From the NCBI RefSeq assembly GCF_051132245.1, contig NZ_CP081184.1: a stretch of 64,000 nucleotides of DNA. One strand, 5' to 3'. Below the pieces are notes generated by a model. That model made no database searches and was not told the DNA's origin. It saw only the letters and a program-made list of their open reading frames with translations. Made by a program: the position numbers and the translations under genes. The first letter of the stretch is position 1. Each line of letters begins with the position of its first letter. This document shows, one piece after another, positions 26,068 to 38,802 of this stretch. The stretch is from Riemerella anatipestifer. Lineage in GTDB: Bacteria; Bacteroidota; Bacteroidia; Flavobacteriales; Weeksellaceae.

Positions 26068-26087
26068 CTGTAAATAAGATGGTGGAG

Positions 26088-29000
26088 CTAGCTTCTCTTT
26101 AGGGCTTCTTGTATCCCCTTTAGTCCGTCCGAAAATTCGGCAAGTAATGCGGCTATTTGTGCCATTCTATCGTTCTCGCCTAGTCCTTTGAGACGCTTGT
26201 TCTTCTGGAAGGTTTCTTGTATGTGGTGCCATCTGGTGGCTTCGGTTTCGGTAAGGAGTGCCATCATTTCTTTTAGTTTGAGTAGGTTGGCTTCTGCACC
26301 TGTGGTGAGGGTTTGGGATTCGTTTTGGTAGTGTTCTAGGATAAGTGCTTGTACTTCTGCCTCGGAGAGTATGGGCTGTACTTTGGTAACTAGCTTGCTC
26401 ATATCTCGGTAGGAGCCTTGTAGCTTAAATGCGGGCTCGGTTCTGTAATCGTCTTCCATAGCGGCGGATTGTATGTACTGGGAATTGACTTGCAGTACGA
26501 CCTGCCTTATTTGTATGATTTTCTCCAAAACGGCTCTAAAGTCGGCTATCTCTTGTGCCGTAAAGTTGCCTTCTATGGTAGGGTCTGGCGTTTGGTTTTG
26601 TATGGCGTCGTAGAGCTGATATAGGTTTTGGTAGGCGGGTTGGGTAAGCCTAGTGAGGTAAGGGTTGGAGGTAATGGCGTTTTCGATAAGGCTAAGCTCA
26701 AATAGGTCTGTTTGTGTGCCTGATATGTCGCCTAGGTTATAGATGTCGGCACGGTTGGCCAGCATATCTGGGATTTGGAACTTGTCGCCGCTTTCCGTAT
26801 ATGGGTTGCCCGCCATTACTAGGCAGAACCTTTTGGAGCGCATATCGTAGGTTTTAGAAACGCCGTTGTAGATGCCTTCTATTTTTCGTTGCCCATCTGC
26901 TAAGGAAATGAATTTTTGTAAAAACTCGGGGTTGCAGTGTTGTATGTCGTCTAGGTACAGCATTACATTATCTGCCATTTCTAGGGCGAGGTTGAGCTTT
27001 TCTAGCTCCTGTCTAGCTCCTGCATTTTTGGCTTCGCTAGGGTCGGTAGAGGTAATTTCGTGCCCGATGGCAGGTCCGTTGATTTTCATAAACACCAAGC
27101 CCATTCGGTCTGCCACATACTCCATCAGCGTAGTTTTACCGTAGCCAGGAGGCGATACCAAGAGCAGCATTCCCATTCGGTCGGTTCTCTTTTGTTCTCC
27201 CAAAGCTCCTATTTGCTTTGCGAGGTTGGCTCCAATGAGGTTGAAGTACACCTCGTTAATGAGTTTGTTTCTCACGAAAGAGCTAAGCACCGAGGTCTTG
27301 AACGAGTCGAGCTTTAGTTCCTTTTTCTTCTTCTCTATCCATTCTTTCTTTAGCTTTTGTAGCTCGGTGAACTTAGGAATGATGTTCTGGTGGTAGTAGC
27401 TTAGCCTTTGGCTGAAGTCGTGGAAGTCTAAAATATATTCTGTATTGGTATCCAAAGACTTTAGCCCTGCAATGGCTTCGGTGTGGCTTACTGTGGAGAT
27501 TTGGTTCTCGTGGAAGTTTTGGGTAATGATAAATGCAGAAGCCTCCTCTATAACCATTTGGCTTGCTTCTGTATGCTCGGCAAGGAGGAAGGTTTTTAGG
27601 GCATTTTCTACAATATCATAACACGCCGAAGGGTAGTGGTGCAAATCTTCTATTTGCTGACTGAACACGAGGTCTTTGCCTTTTTCTTTTAATCCGTTAA
27701 CGAATTTCTGATAGAGTTCTGCTGCTTCTTTTGAGATTACAAAGCGGTTTCGGTCCTCTTTCTTGAGGTACACGGCAGCGTTATAGGCAGAGGTGTGGCA
27801 GAAGCCTTGGAAGTCTTTATTAAAATCGTCTATCTTTTGGGATAGGGTAGCGTTGAGGTAGGTAAACTGCTTAGAGTTGGCAAAGGTGTCCGATAGTAGG
27901 TGTACTGCCGAAAACTGTTTTTCGTAAAATACCTTTTCTTCTGGGGCAAGGAAGAACCAAAATAGCTGTGCCAAAGCCCTTTCGGACGGGTTGTATCTAA
28001 GAAGTCCTAAGTGGTTGTTGAGCTGTTGTAGTTTGGTGAGAATCAGTAGGGCATCTTCATCGTGTACGCCTTTTACTAAGCCCTCTCCAAAGTGATTTTT
28101 GAGGAATTGCTCTATGAGCAGTCGGTTGGTTTCTTCGGACGAAATAGCGGGGTTTTTAAGGAAGATTTCCCAAGCGAGGTATTCCATCTTTTTCACCTCT
28201 GTATTTTCCGAAACAAATTCTTGATGCCATACTTCCTGATAATCTTGTATCGCCTCAAAAGCCAATGGTTCGTAGAAGCTCGTCCCAGTAATATGGTAGT
28301 AGTAGGCTCCTTGTCTTAGCACTAAGCTAAGGTCTAGCTTCTGCTGATTAACCGCAAACTGGTACTTGCCGAAGTTAATGGTATTCTCGCCATCGGTATA
28401 GATTTCCTTTTTGTCTTTAAGTTTGCGTATAGCGTCTTGTTGAGCTGTTTTTAGGTGGGTTTGTAGTTCTTCAGCTTTGTTGCTATCCTGTAAATCGTTA
28501 AGCTGGGCAACGAGCTCTCTTAGCTTGTCCACCATCAAATCGGAAGCGAAATAGCCGTTGATTTCCACTTCTGTATCAAAAGATTCGGCTTTGCTGATGA
28601 TGCTCTTCAAGATTCGCTCTCCAGACTGAAATAGGTTTTGTGTTCTTCTGTTTTGAGCCTCGGTAAGCTGCACCATTTTGTTCTGAAAATGGGTGTAAAC
28701 TTCCTCTCTCTTATCGGCGATTATCTGTATAAACTCCTCAAAGTCTATGAATTTGGTCTCTAGTTCTTCTAGTTGTATGGAGAGTTTGGTAAGGTATTCG
28801 TCTGCCTTATCTGGGGTGTTTGCCAACTCTAGGAAGTTGATGGAGGCTTGGTCAAACAATGTAATTTGAGCTTTGAAATCTGCAGAAAGCTCTGTTCCAG
28901 AAATTTCTCTTTTCTTGTTGTTAAGTTCTATTCTCTGCTGGTTGATTTGCGAGAAAATCACCGAAATTTTTTCTATGATTTGGGTAGAATGGGAGGCATC

Positions 29001-30899
29001 GTCTATCTTTAAATTGTTAACGATGTTTACCAATAGTTCTAGCTGTAGTGCGAGTTCGTCTAGGCTTTGCTCTATATTCTTAGCCTCCACCGATTTGGAT
29101 AACTGCTGCGTTTCGCTAATAAGTGCATTTATCTTGTCCTCGTAAACCACCAAAGCATCGTCTTGTAACAAAAACTGAACGCATTGTGCCGCGAGTTCGT
29201 CAGCCCTTTCATTAAGCTGTTGCTCCCACGCTTCTATTTTGGGCAGGTCGGAATATTGTAGTTCTTTGGCACTTATCATTTCGCCCCTTAAGGTTCTTAT
29301 TTCCGACAGGGTTTCTATAAACTGGTGCAAAGCGGTATAGTTTACCAGCGAGGTTTGCGAAAGCAGTTGCTTAAACTTTTCTTCTAAAGTATCTAATGCG
29401 GCTTGTGTGTTTTTTCGGATTTCTACCACCTTTTCATACTCGTTAATGGCGGCGTGAGCTATCTTTCGGATTTCTGATATAGGCTCCGATAGATGCTTTA
29501 CACTTTCTTTATCCAAAAAATAGTAGTTGTCTAGAATGGAAGTGGCTCTTTTTACAATATCGGTATATAGCCCTGCGTAAGAGTCTTTTTTGTTGAGTAG
29601 CACTATAAGCTCTTGGCAGTCTGCCATAGCCTTTACGAGGTCTTTGTTGCCAATCTTAAAAAGCTCGTTTTCTCTAAGAGTTTCACTAATGACAAGTTCT
29701 TTGGTAAAAGGCGTTTGCCATAGCTGTACTAGATGGTTTTTGCTTTCCTCAGTATTTTTAAGGTAGGCTAGGATACCGTTGTCAAAAAGGCTGAAACCAT
29801 TACAATAGATAGGCGTATCTATGGTCTGATTGATGATGTTATAAGGGATAAGAGCGTAATCATTAGAAGTTTCGTCATAAAAAGCGAAGAGGAAGTTTTC
29901 TCCGTTGCTGGCAGTTATCTTTCTGTCAAAGAAAATATTTTTCTCTTCGGTTTCTATCACCTTTATTTCGCCTGTTTGGAGGGCAAATCCGTTGGAGTAA
30001 ATAACGCCTTGGTTCTCGGGAAGAAGTATAGCCGAATGTTTGAGGCTATCTACACGCTTTACCTTTTTCTCTTTATGGTTGTATATAAAGTAGCGTTCGT
30101 CTTCTTGGTAAGGTTTTATTTTGAATAATACGAGGTTGTCATAATCAAAAAAGTGTACTTCGGCATCGTCTAGCGTTTGGTCTTTATGAGCTACGGGTTC
30201 GCTGTAAATTCCTTTGCCTGTTTGGGTATTATCTTCCACTTTAATGGTAATATCTCCGCCTATGGCTTCCACAAAAACCTTGTCTGCCAGAGAAATGTGC
30301 GGGTGCCTACCTGTACGGTGCATATCTCTAGTGGCTTTAACCCACTGGAACTCGTGCTGTGGAGGATACTTTACCTCCGAAGCACTTCTAGAATCTATAA
30401 AGTGCAGTTCGTTGTCTTTTATTAACCATTTAAAAGCCTTAATATCCGAAGCATTTGCAGAGAGCTGAAATACGAAGTAAAGATAATTTTGGGTATAATA
30501 GAACCTAACGAATTGGGTATTTCTATAATATTTGTAAAGATTTTTGAACTCTTGTACAAAATTGGCATCATCTAGAAAAGTGATGGGTTGTGGCTCAAAA
30601 CGATTTTCTTGAAAGGCATAAAGGGCAAATACATCAGTAACTTCCACTTCTGTTTTCAGACCTAAGTGGGTATTATAACCTACGATGCACAGATGGTTAA
30701 CGGCAAATAGGTCTTTTATCTTACACGACTGCTCTGTAGAAATTCGTTCGTTGGCAATCAGTGAGAAGTCTATTCCTCCAAATACTTTCTTTCGGTCTTC
30801 ATTAAGGGCAGCGAGTTTATGAGAAAGATGGTTTTTCTGTTCGTTAAGTCGGTTCTGAATAATCTCGTAAGTACCTGATTGTAGATTGTCCTTTGACAT
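26088..30899 (-). CDS. Giant (1603-aa) protein. It has a ~1200-aa mainly alpha-helical/coiled-coil N-terminal region and a MoxR/AAA_5-like ATPase module near the C-terminus (Walker A LLLVSPPGYGKTTL, Walker B VMLYLDDIQH, FCLVMAGNPYTESG...ANRADIY sensor region)
   Basis: Motifs read directly from the translation. Last gene of the apparent PspA-NfeD-flotillin operon. Probably what automated pipelines label 'DNA repair ATPase'. Confidence 0.8.
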   Translation of the reverse strand: MSKDNLQSGTYEIIQNRLNEQKNHLSHKLAALNEDRKKVFGGIDFSLIANERISTEQSCKIKDLFAVNHLCIVGYNTHLGLKTEVEVTDVFALYAFQENRFEPQPITFLDDANFVQEFKNLYKYYRNTQFVRFYYTQNYLYFVFQLSANASDIKAFKWLIKDNELHFIDSRSASEVKYPPQHEFQWVKATRDMHRTGRHPHISLADKVFVEAIGGDITIKVEDNTQTGKGIYSEPVAHKDQTLDDAEVHFFDYDNLVLFKIKPYQEDERYFIYNHKEKKVKRVDSLKHSAILLPENQGVIYSNGFALQTGEIKVIETEEKNIFFDRKITASNGENFLFAFYDETSNDYALIPYNIINQTIDTPIYCNGFSLFDNGILAYLKNTEESKNHLVQLWQTPFTKELVISETLRENELFKIGNKDLVKAMADCQELIVLLNKKDSYAGLYTDIVKRATSILDNYYFLDKESVKHLSEPISEIRKIAHAAINEYEKVVEIRKNTQAALDTLEEKFKQLLSQTSLVNYTALHQFIETLSEIRTLRGEMISAKELQYSDLPKIEAWEQQLNERADELAAQCVQFLLQDDALVVYEDKINALISETQQLSKSVEAKNIEQSLDELALQLELLVNIVNNLKIDDASHSTQIIEKISVIFSQINQQRIELNNKKREISGTELSADFKAQITLFDQASINFLELANTPDKADEYLTKLSIQLEELETKFIDFEEFIQIIADKREEVYTHFQNKMVQLTEAQNRRTQNLFQSGERILKSIISKAESFDTEVEINGYFASDLMVDKLRELVAQLNDLQDSNKAEELQTHLKTAQQDAIRKLKDKKEIYTDGENTINFGKYQFAVNQQKLDLSLVLRQGAYYYHITGTSFYEPLAFEAIQDYQEVWHQEFVSENTEVKKMEYLAWEIFLKNPAISSEETNRLLIEQFLKNHFGEGLVKGVHDEDALLILTKLQQLNNHLGLLRYNPSERALAQLFWFFLAPEEKVFYEKQFSAVHLLSDTFANSKQFTYLNATLSQKIDDFNKDFQGFCHTSAYNAAVYLKKEDRNRFVISKEAAELYQKFVNGLKEKGKDLVFSQQIEDLHHYPSACYDIVENALKTFLLAEHTEASQMVIEEASAFIITQNFHENQISTVSHTEAIAGLKSLDTNTEYILDFHDFSQRLSYYHQNIIPKFTELQKLKKEWIEKKKKELKLDSFKTSVLSSFVRNKLINEVYFNLIGANLAKQIGALGEQKRTDRMGMLLLVSPPGYGKTTLMEYVADRMGLVFMKINGPAIGHEITSTDPSEAKNAGARQELEKLNLALEMADNVMLYLDDIQHCNPEFLQKFISLADGQRKIEGIYNGVSKTYDMRSKRFCLVMAGNPYTESGDKFQIPDMLANRADIYNLGDISGTQTDLFELSLIENAITSNPYLTRLTQPAYQNLYQLYDAIQNQTPDPTIEGNFTAQEIADFRAVLEKIIQIRQVVLQVNSQYIQSAAMEDDYRTEPAFKLQGSYRDMSKLVTKVQPILSEAEVQALILEHYQNESQTLTTGAEANLLKLKEMMALLTETEATRWHHIQETFQKNKRLKGLGENDRMAQIAALLAEFSDGLKGIQEALKRS

Positions 30900-30994
30900 T
30901 TTATGAGCTACGATTTATGGTTGATAATAATGTTAGAATCTGAAATAAAGGGATAAAAGTCCGCCCACATTTTAAGTGAGCGGAGTTTTCTTTT

Positions 30995-33007
30995 CTATCT
31001 GATAGGTTTATCTTGGATGCCTAAGTGTTTGGCTACATCTAAAGCTCTGGTAAGAAGACCTTGCTCTTGTGGTTCTGCAACCCCTTTGAGTTTGAAGATG
31101 AGAGAAGCAATACTTAGGTTTTTAATATCTTCTGAAGAAATTTTATACTTTTCTACCATCTGCATTACCTTTTCTACCAGATTGTTTTCGCTATCAGAAT
31201 CTAGTAGAGATTCTTTTAAAATCTGTGCATTTTCGCTGTGTTGGATAAGTTTATCTATTCCTTTACCAGCCGAAATTTGTCTTACAACATTATCAAAGAA
31301 AGAGTGGTCGCCTCCTACAATGTCTATTTTCGCTGTTTTAAAGGCTTCTCCTAGCACCTGTGCTTGAGCTTGGGCTATCTCTTTCTGAATGTTTATTTCA
31401 GCTAATTCTACCTCTTTCTCCTTAGCTAATTTCAATCTGAACTCTTCGTGTTCTTTTCCAGCATCGTTGAGTTTTTTCATAGCTTCGGCTTTTTCGGTGA
31501 TACCTGCGGCTTCGGCTAGTGCTTTTTCTTTAATTACATCAGCTTCTGCTAGACCTTCTATCTTCTTAGCTTGAGCTTTTTTCTCTATGATGTTGGCATC
31601 TACAATACCTTGTCTTTCTGATGCTTCCGCTTTTGCGTGCATCACTTGAGCTTCTGATAATCCTATAGTAGCCTCCTCTTTTGCAAGAGCATCTGCAATT
31701 ATTTTTCTTGCTTCGGCTTCTTTTTCGGCGGCATCTCTTTTGGCTTGTGCTTCAATTACATATTTTTGAGCGTCTTTTTCGGCAGCGAGTTTTCTTGCTT
31801 CTGCTGCCTTTGTTTCTGCGATGAGTCTTTCTTCTGCTTCTCTTGCAGCTATAATGAGTTGTACTTGTTTGTCTCTTTCTGCGGATTTAAGTGCTTCTAC
31901 ATCGTAGATGTTTTGTTGTTCTTCTACTACTGTTTTTTCTTTGGCTAGTCTTTCTCGGATAACATCTTGAATGTTTTTCTTCTCTAGTTCTACTGCCTTA
32001 TCTTTTTCTATGTCAGCTAAAGCTACAATTCTTTCTCTTTCTGTAGCTTCTAGCATTTTATCCTTCTGTACTCTTTCGGTTTCTACCAAGTCGGCTCTTT
32101 CCTTGTTTTTAGCAGCGATTACCACTTGTCTTTGTTTGTTTTCTTCTGCAATTTGTAGTGCTTCTTCTGTTGCAATTCGTACAGATTCGTATTTTAATCT
32201 TTCCTCTTCAGCTACTTTCAGGATTTCTGCGTTTTCTCTCGCCTTGATGTTTTCAACCTCTCTTTTTTGTGTTTCTTCTTTTTCGGCTAATTGTTTTTCT
32301 AATTCTAAGATAGCCTCTCTAGCTTCTACATCTTGTTTTTTTATGGTTTTTTCTTCTTCTCTTCTTACAAGGTTAGCCTTTATATTCTGAGAAGCCGTGA
32401 GTTCTGTAATTTTTTTAATACCTTCGGAATCTAAGATGTTATCTTTGTTAAGATATTCAAGTTTGGTTTGTTCTAAATAGTCTATGGCACAGTCGTCTAG
32501 TACATAGCCATTAAGGTCGGTTCCAATGATGTTTAATATTTCTTGTCTAAACTCACTTCTGGCTTCGTAAAGTTCGATGAAATCAAATTTTTTACCAACA
32601 GTTTTTAGAGCTTCCGAAAATTTTGCTTCAAAAAGTTCTCTAAGGGTAGATATATCGGAGGCTCTTTGGCAACCAATGGTTTGTCCTACATTGATGATGT
32701 CATCTACGGATTTATTTACTCTTACAAAGAAGGCTACTTGAATATCAGCACGCATATTATCCTTACAAATCAACCCGTCTTTTCCTTCTCTAGAGATTTC
32801 TAATTTTTTAACAGAAATATCCATTTGTTCCAGCCTGTGGATAATTGGGATTACTACTCCTGCATTAAAGAACACTTTGGCACCTCCGTATCCTGTTCTA
32901 AGTAATACTACGCCCTGTACTGTTTTTTTGTACATGGATAAAATCCAAAAGATAAGCCCTAAAGTTGCGATGGCAATTACAGCAACGCTAATGTAGAATG
33001 TTGTCAT
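30995..33007 (-). CDS. Flotillin-family (SPFH/band-7) protein, YqiK-like: N-terminal TM, SPFH domain, long EA-rich coiled coil
   Basis: TM helix plus LLRTGYGGAKVFFNAGVVIPIIHRLEQMDISV SPFH signature; ~300-aa Glu/Ala/Lys-rich coiled coil. Confidence 0.8.
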   Translation of the reverse strand: MTTFYISVAVIAIATLGLIFWILSMYKKTVQGVVLLRTGYGGAKVFFNAGVVIPIIHRLEQMDISVKKLEISREGKDGLICKDNMRADIQVAFFVRVNKSVDDIINVGQTIGCQRASDISTLRELFEAKFSEALKTVGKKFDFIELYEARSEFRQEILNIIGTDLNGYVLDDCAIDYLEQTKLEYLNKDNILDSEGIKKITELTASQNIKANLVRREEEKTIKKQDVEAREAILELEKQLAEKEETQKREVENIKARENAEILKVAEEERLKYESVRIATEEALQIAEENKQRQVVIAAKNKERADLVETERVQKDKMLEATERERIVALADIEKDKAVELEKKNIQDVIRERLAKEKTVVEEQQNIYDVEALKSAERDKQVQLIIAAREAEERLIAETKAAEARKLAAEKDAQKYVIEAQAKRDAAEKEAEARKIIADALAKEEATIGLSEAQVMHAKAEASERQGIVDANIIEKKAQAKKIEGLAEADVIKEKALAEAAGITEKAEAMKKLNDAGKEHEEFRLKLAKEKEVELAEINIQKEIAQAQAQVLGEAFKTAKIDIVGGDHSFFDNVVRQISAGKGIDKLIQHSENAQILKESLLDSDSENNLVEKVMQMVEKYKISSEDIKNLSIASLIFKLKGVAEPQEQGLLTRALDVAKHLGIQDKPIR

Positions 33008-33058
33008 ATTAGTTTAATTTATTTTTTAATGATAGTTTGTTTTTCATTATTTTGGTTA

Positions 33059-33712
33059 TTAAAGCTCATAGTATTTCTCTACGAAATAATATTTTTTATC
33101 AAGATGTTCATCTATGATGATGACTTTGTCGTTTTCTTTTAAAGGTATTCCGTCTTTGCTTTTTACTAATAGCTTAATTGGGTCTTGGTTGATAACTAGT
33201 TCTATCATACCTATTTTATCTTGTTCTATACTAGATTTTAGTGTGCCTACTCTCCCTAAATAGTCGTATGCTATTTCTCCTTTATGATTAATTTCTTTAA
33301 ATATTGGTTTTAAAGGCATAGACATATATTTACTGATAAACAAACTTATAAAAAAAGCAGGAAATATCGTTATAAAATATGCCCATTGTGGTAACATAAT
33401 AAAGTAACTGATATTAACATTGATAAGCCAAGTAAAAAGCAATACTAGGGTTAAAAAGAAGGTGATAGGAACAATATCTAAGTTTAAAAACTTTAGAAAC
33501 TGAATAAAAGCAGAGGGCTCATGAGGTACTTCTAGCGTTCCATCTGGATTTTTAACAGCTATACTATCAGATTCTAAATCTAGGTCTAAATCAAAGTCTC
33601 CTAAGCCAGAAAATATAGTGAGTAGCCAATACAATACGCTTAAAATGAGTAATATGCTTAGTACAGTATTGGCTGGATTGAAAGATACTTCTATAAGCTC
33701 TCGGATAGTCAT
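33059..33712 (-). CDS. NfeD/YqiJ-like membrane protein (N-terminal TM helices plus C-terminal OB-fold beta domain)
   Basis: Topology and size match YqiJ/NfeD partners of flotillins; directly upstream of the flotillin gene. Confidence 0.55.
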   Translation of the reverse strand: MTIRELIEVSFNPANTVLSILLILSVLYWLLTIFSGLGDFDLDLDLESDSIAVKNPDGTLEVPHEPSAFIQFLKFLNLDIVPITFFLTLVLLFTWLINVNISYFIMLPQWAYFITIFPAFFISLFISKYMSMPLKPIFKEINHKGEIAYDYLGRVGTLKSSIEQDKIGMIELVINQDPIKLLVKSKDGIPLKENDKVIIIDEHLDKKYYFVEKYYEL

Positions 33713-33718
33713 TGTGGA

Positions 33719-34420
33719 TTAGGAATTTTTAAGTTGTTCTTTCAGTGCTGCTAATGCTGTTTCTGCTTTCGCATTAGAAGTATCCGCAGCTTGATTTATT
33801 TCCTCATCTATACTTTTGCTAGCATTGGCTATTTCTCCATAAGCATCTGCGACAGCTTCTTGCTGAAGTACTTTTTCTTTCATTTTTTCTAACATACCGA
33901 TGGTACTATCGTTTGAAAGTTGAGACATTTTTTGGTTAATATCTTTAGTTGCTTGGCTTACCTGTACTCTTGCCTTTAAAGTTTTTAGTTCGCTTTCCCA
34001 TTTGGCAATGTTGGATTTAAGCGTGTTGATATTTGCTTGCATTTTCTCAACATCACTTTCTAATTTTTTACGGTCGGTTTCTGCGATTTTAGAATCGGCT
34101 AAAGAAAGTTCCTTCTTTTTAAGAGCTTCCTTAGCTAATCTATCCGCCTCTTCGGTTGGCATTTCTTCCTTCATTCCTTTTTGAACAAGAATAATGGCTT
34201 TACTTTGATACTCTTCCGCTTGGTTCTCTAAGGCTGTTTGTTCGTTTTTTCTTCTTATTGCTAAGGCTTTCACTTGAGCTAGAGCATCTATGCTTTTGCT
34301 TAGCTGGTCTTTCATTTCTCTAATGCCCTGTTCGGTCATTTTAATAGGATCTTCTAATTTATCTATTGCAGCGTGAGTTTCTGCATTGCCTATTCTGAAA
34401 AGTCTTTTAAGTATGTTCAT
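33719..34420 (-). CDS. pspA: PspA/IM30-family protein (phage-shock protein A / Vipp1 / LiaH family, ESCRT-III-like)
   Basis: The N-terminus MNILKRLFRIGNAETHAAIDKLEDPIKMTEQGIREMKDQL aligns with E. coli PspA [40 protein letters not shown]; ~230 aa, coiled coil. Confidence 0.75.
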   Translation of the reverse strand: MNILKRLFRIGNAETHAAIDKLEDPIKMTEQGIREMKDQLSKSIDALAQVKALAIRRKNEQTALENQAEEYQSKAIILVQKGMKEEMPTEEADRLAKEALKKKELSLADSKIAETDRKKLESDVEKMQANINTLKSNIAKWESELKTLKARVQVSQATKDINQKMSQLSNDSTIGMLEKMKEKVLQQEAVADAYGEIANASKSIDEEINQAADTSNAKAETALAALKEQLKNS

Positions 34421-34496
34421 TTTTTATTTTTTTAATTAGGTTAATAATAATTCTAAGATAAAGTAAATTAAGGTAACGAGTAAGTATGCCATAGTG

Positions 34497-34928
34497 CTAA
34501 TCTTTACTATATTCTATCATTTCCGATGAATACTCACTTAATAATAAACTTAGTGAATTTATGGTTGACATAAGCTCGTTTTGGTCCAAATTCTCTGTTT
34601 GTAAGGTGTTGCGAAAAATTACCTTTTCTCCTGTTTCATCTAGTACAAAAGCTCCGTGAACAATATCTCTATTCTTAATTAGAAGTTCTTTAAATATATT
34701 TTGCTTATTATTTTTGCAATAAAATAGAAACTGTTCTACGATGAGGATTTGTGGAGCAATGGCTATCATCATATTTTTAATGCCATCTGTTTCTTTTTCA
34801 ATGATGAATACTTTATTGTCTGCACTCTCGTATATGAGCTGAAACTCCCATTCTAATAACCATTCTTTAATGGTTTGAAATAAATTAAGCTGTTTCATAG
34901 TTAATAATTTTGCTAATATTTTATGCAA
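34497..34928 (-). CDS. YbjN-like (T3SS-chaperone-fold) small protein; true start probably the ATG at 34898
   Basis: ~135-aa acidic protein whose pattern resembles the YbjN family; first gene of the putative operon. Weak call. Confidence 0.35.
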   Translation of the reverse strand: MHKILAKLLTMKQLNLFQTIKEWLLEWEFQLIYESADNKVFIIEKETDGIKNMMIAIAPQILIVEQFLFYCKNNKQNIFKELLIKNRDIVHGAFVLDETGEKVIFRNTLQTENLDQNELMSTINSLSLLLSEYSSEMIEYSKD

Positions 34929-34992
34929 ATATAATTATAAAAATTAAAATTGCAAATATTTTTAACATTAAAGAGAAAAATATTTTTTAGTT

Positions 34993-35011
<19 letters not shown>
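34910..35011. promoter_or_regulatory. Divergent promoter/operator region: a perfect 19-bp inverted pair TTGCTAATATTTTATGCAA (34910-34928) / TTGCATAAAATATTAGCAA (34993-35011), each preceded by a Bacteroidota -7-like TAnnTTTG
   Basis: Identical 19-mers in inverted orientation 64 bp apart, each abutting the start of one of the divergent genes. TATATTTG and TAGTTTTG match the Bacteroidetes sigma-A -7 consensus TAnnTTTG. Confidence 0.5.
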
Positions 35012-37643
<2,632 letters not shown>

Positions 37644-37779
37644 TTATAAAAAAGATTATATTCTGTTAAAAAAAATGAATATGCTTGAAGGTAATTTTAA
37701 ATTATTTTTATTGGTTCTTGTTTAATAAAACGACAGAAATGAGTTATCTTTGACCCCATTGAAAACTTTAAGAAAGTAA

Positions 37780-38373
37780 ATGAGGGCAGAAGTAAAACAG
37801 TTTCAGTACGAAGTACAAGCATATCAAGAAGATTGTGTTGGGAACATCATTAGTCTTTTTGAAGATTTCAGAAATGAAGTACCATTCACTAAAGCATTAC
37901 AAACCCATCAAGAGCCCGTAATCTCTAGCATCACCATAGAACGCCTCAAACGAGCAGGGCAGAGCATCGCCCAAAAAATAGAAGAAGAAAACACCCGCAG
38001 AAGCACCTCTGGCGAAGACCCAAAACCAATGCCCGATTTAGGATTTAAAGTGTTCGACAGCACAGAAGACCCTCAACTAGAGCTCAACGAGGAAGAAATA
38101 GTTTTCCCAGAACTCTCCAACGATGCCCTAAGCCGCATCTACAATATGATATTTACCGTAGGTATAGACGAGCCTACACAAGCCCCAGAAGTAGTAGTAG
38201 AAGACGCCATCTACAAAATAGGCCACTACTACTACATTACCAATAGCCATAGCCTAACCCCAGAACAGTACGCTATGGCAATAAAAAACGGCAAAGTATT
38301 TATAGACGGCTGGACGGCAAGCCTCAACGGCACAATGCAGAGCTATAAAGAAGAAGTAAAAATCGTGTTTTAG
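37780..38373 (+). CDS. Hypothetical protein (197 aa, acidic)
   Basis: ORF only. Confidence 0.35.
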   Translation: MRAEVKQFQYEVQAYQEDCVGNIISLFEDFRNEVPFTKALQTHQEPVISSITIERLKRAGQSIAQKIEEENTRRSTSGEDPKPMPDLGFKVFDSTEDPQLELNEEEIVFPELSNDALSRIYNMIFTVGIDEPTQAPEVVVEDAIYKIGHYYYITNSHSLTPEQYAMAIKNGKVFIDGWTASLNGTMQSYKEEVKIVF

Positions 38374-38516
38374 GCACAAGACCTCATTTCAGTTTCCGTT
38401 TACCAGCACTTGCGGGCTTACTCACTAGAAGTCGGCAAGTGTTTTTTTTATCGCCCAAGCAAAGTAGGGGCTACCCTCCCAGCCGCATAAATACCCACTA
38501 CTTGATTAACCTCTAC

Positions 38517-38679
38517 CACCACCGTTTTATAGGACAAGTTGTCTTGTTTCGCCTTTCACACAAGTGTATTTAAGTTCCCGCAGGTTGATTGTACCCAATC
38601 ACCATTGTTTTATAGGACAAGTTGTCTTGTTTTGCCTTTCACACAAGTGTATTTAAGTTCCCGCAGGTTGATTGTACTC
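38517..38679. repeat. Tandem direct duplication (~80-bp unit x2) containing the small hairpin ACAAGTTGTCTTGT
   Basis: Unit CACCGTTTTATAGGACAAGTTGTCTTGTTTCGCCTTTCACACAAGTGTATTTAAGTTCCCGCAGGTTGATTGTAC repeated with 2-3 substitutions. Confidence 0.8.
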
Positions 38680-38802
38680 AACTCCACATAACATTAGAAT
38701 AAAAAAAATAGAAAAAAATTTTGCAGAATCAATTATTGTATATACATTAGCCTCGCTGAAATTATCCGCTAGACGGGCAATAAATTGATAACTTAACTTA
38801 CT

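Noticed and set aside
31017-32390. Plus-strand ORFs (31017..31367, 31389..31574, 31745..31948, 31971..32390) antisense to the flotillin gene
   Set aside because: They are Ser/Phe/Leu-rich low-complexity translations of the antisense of the Glu/Ala/Lys coiled-coil coding region. The flotillin frame is strongly supported.
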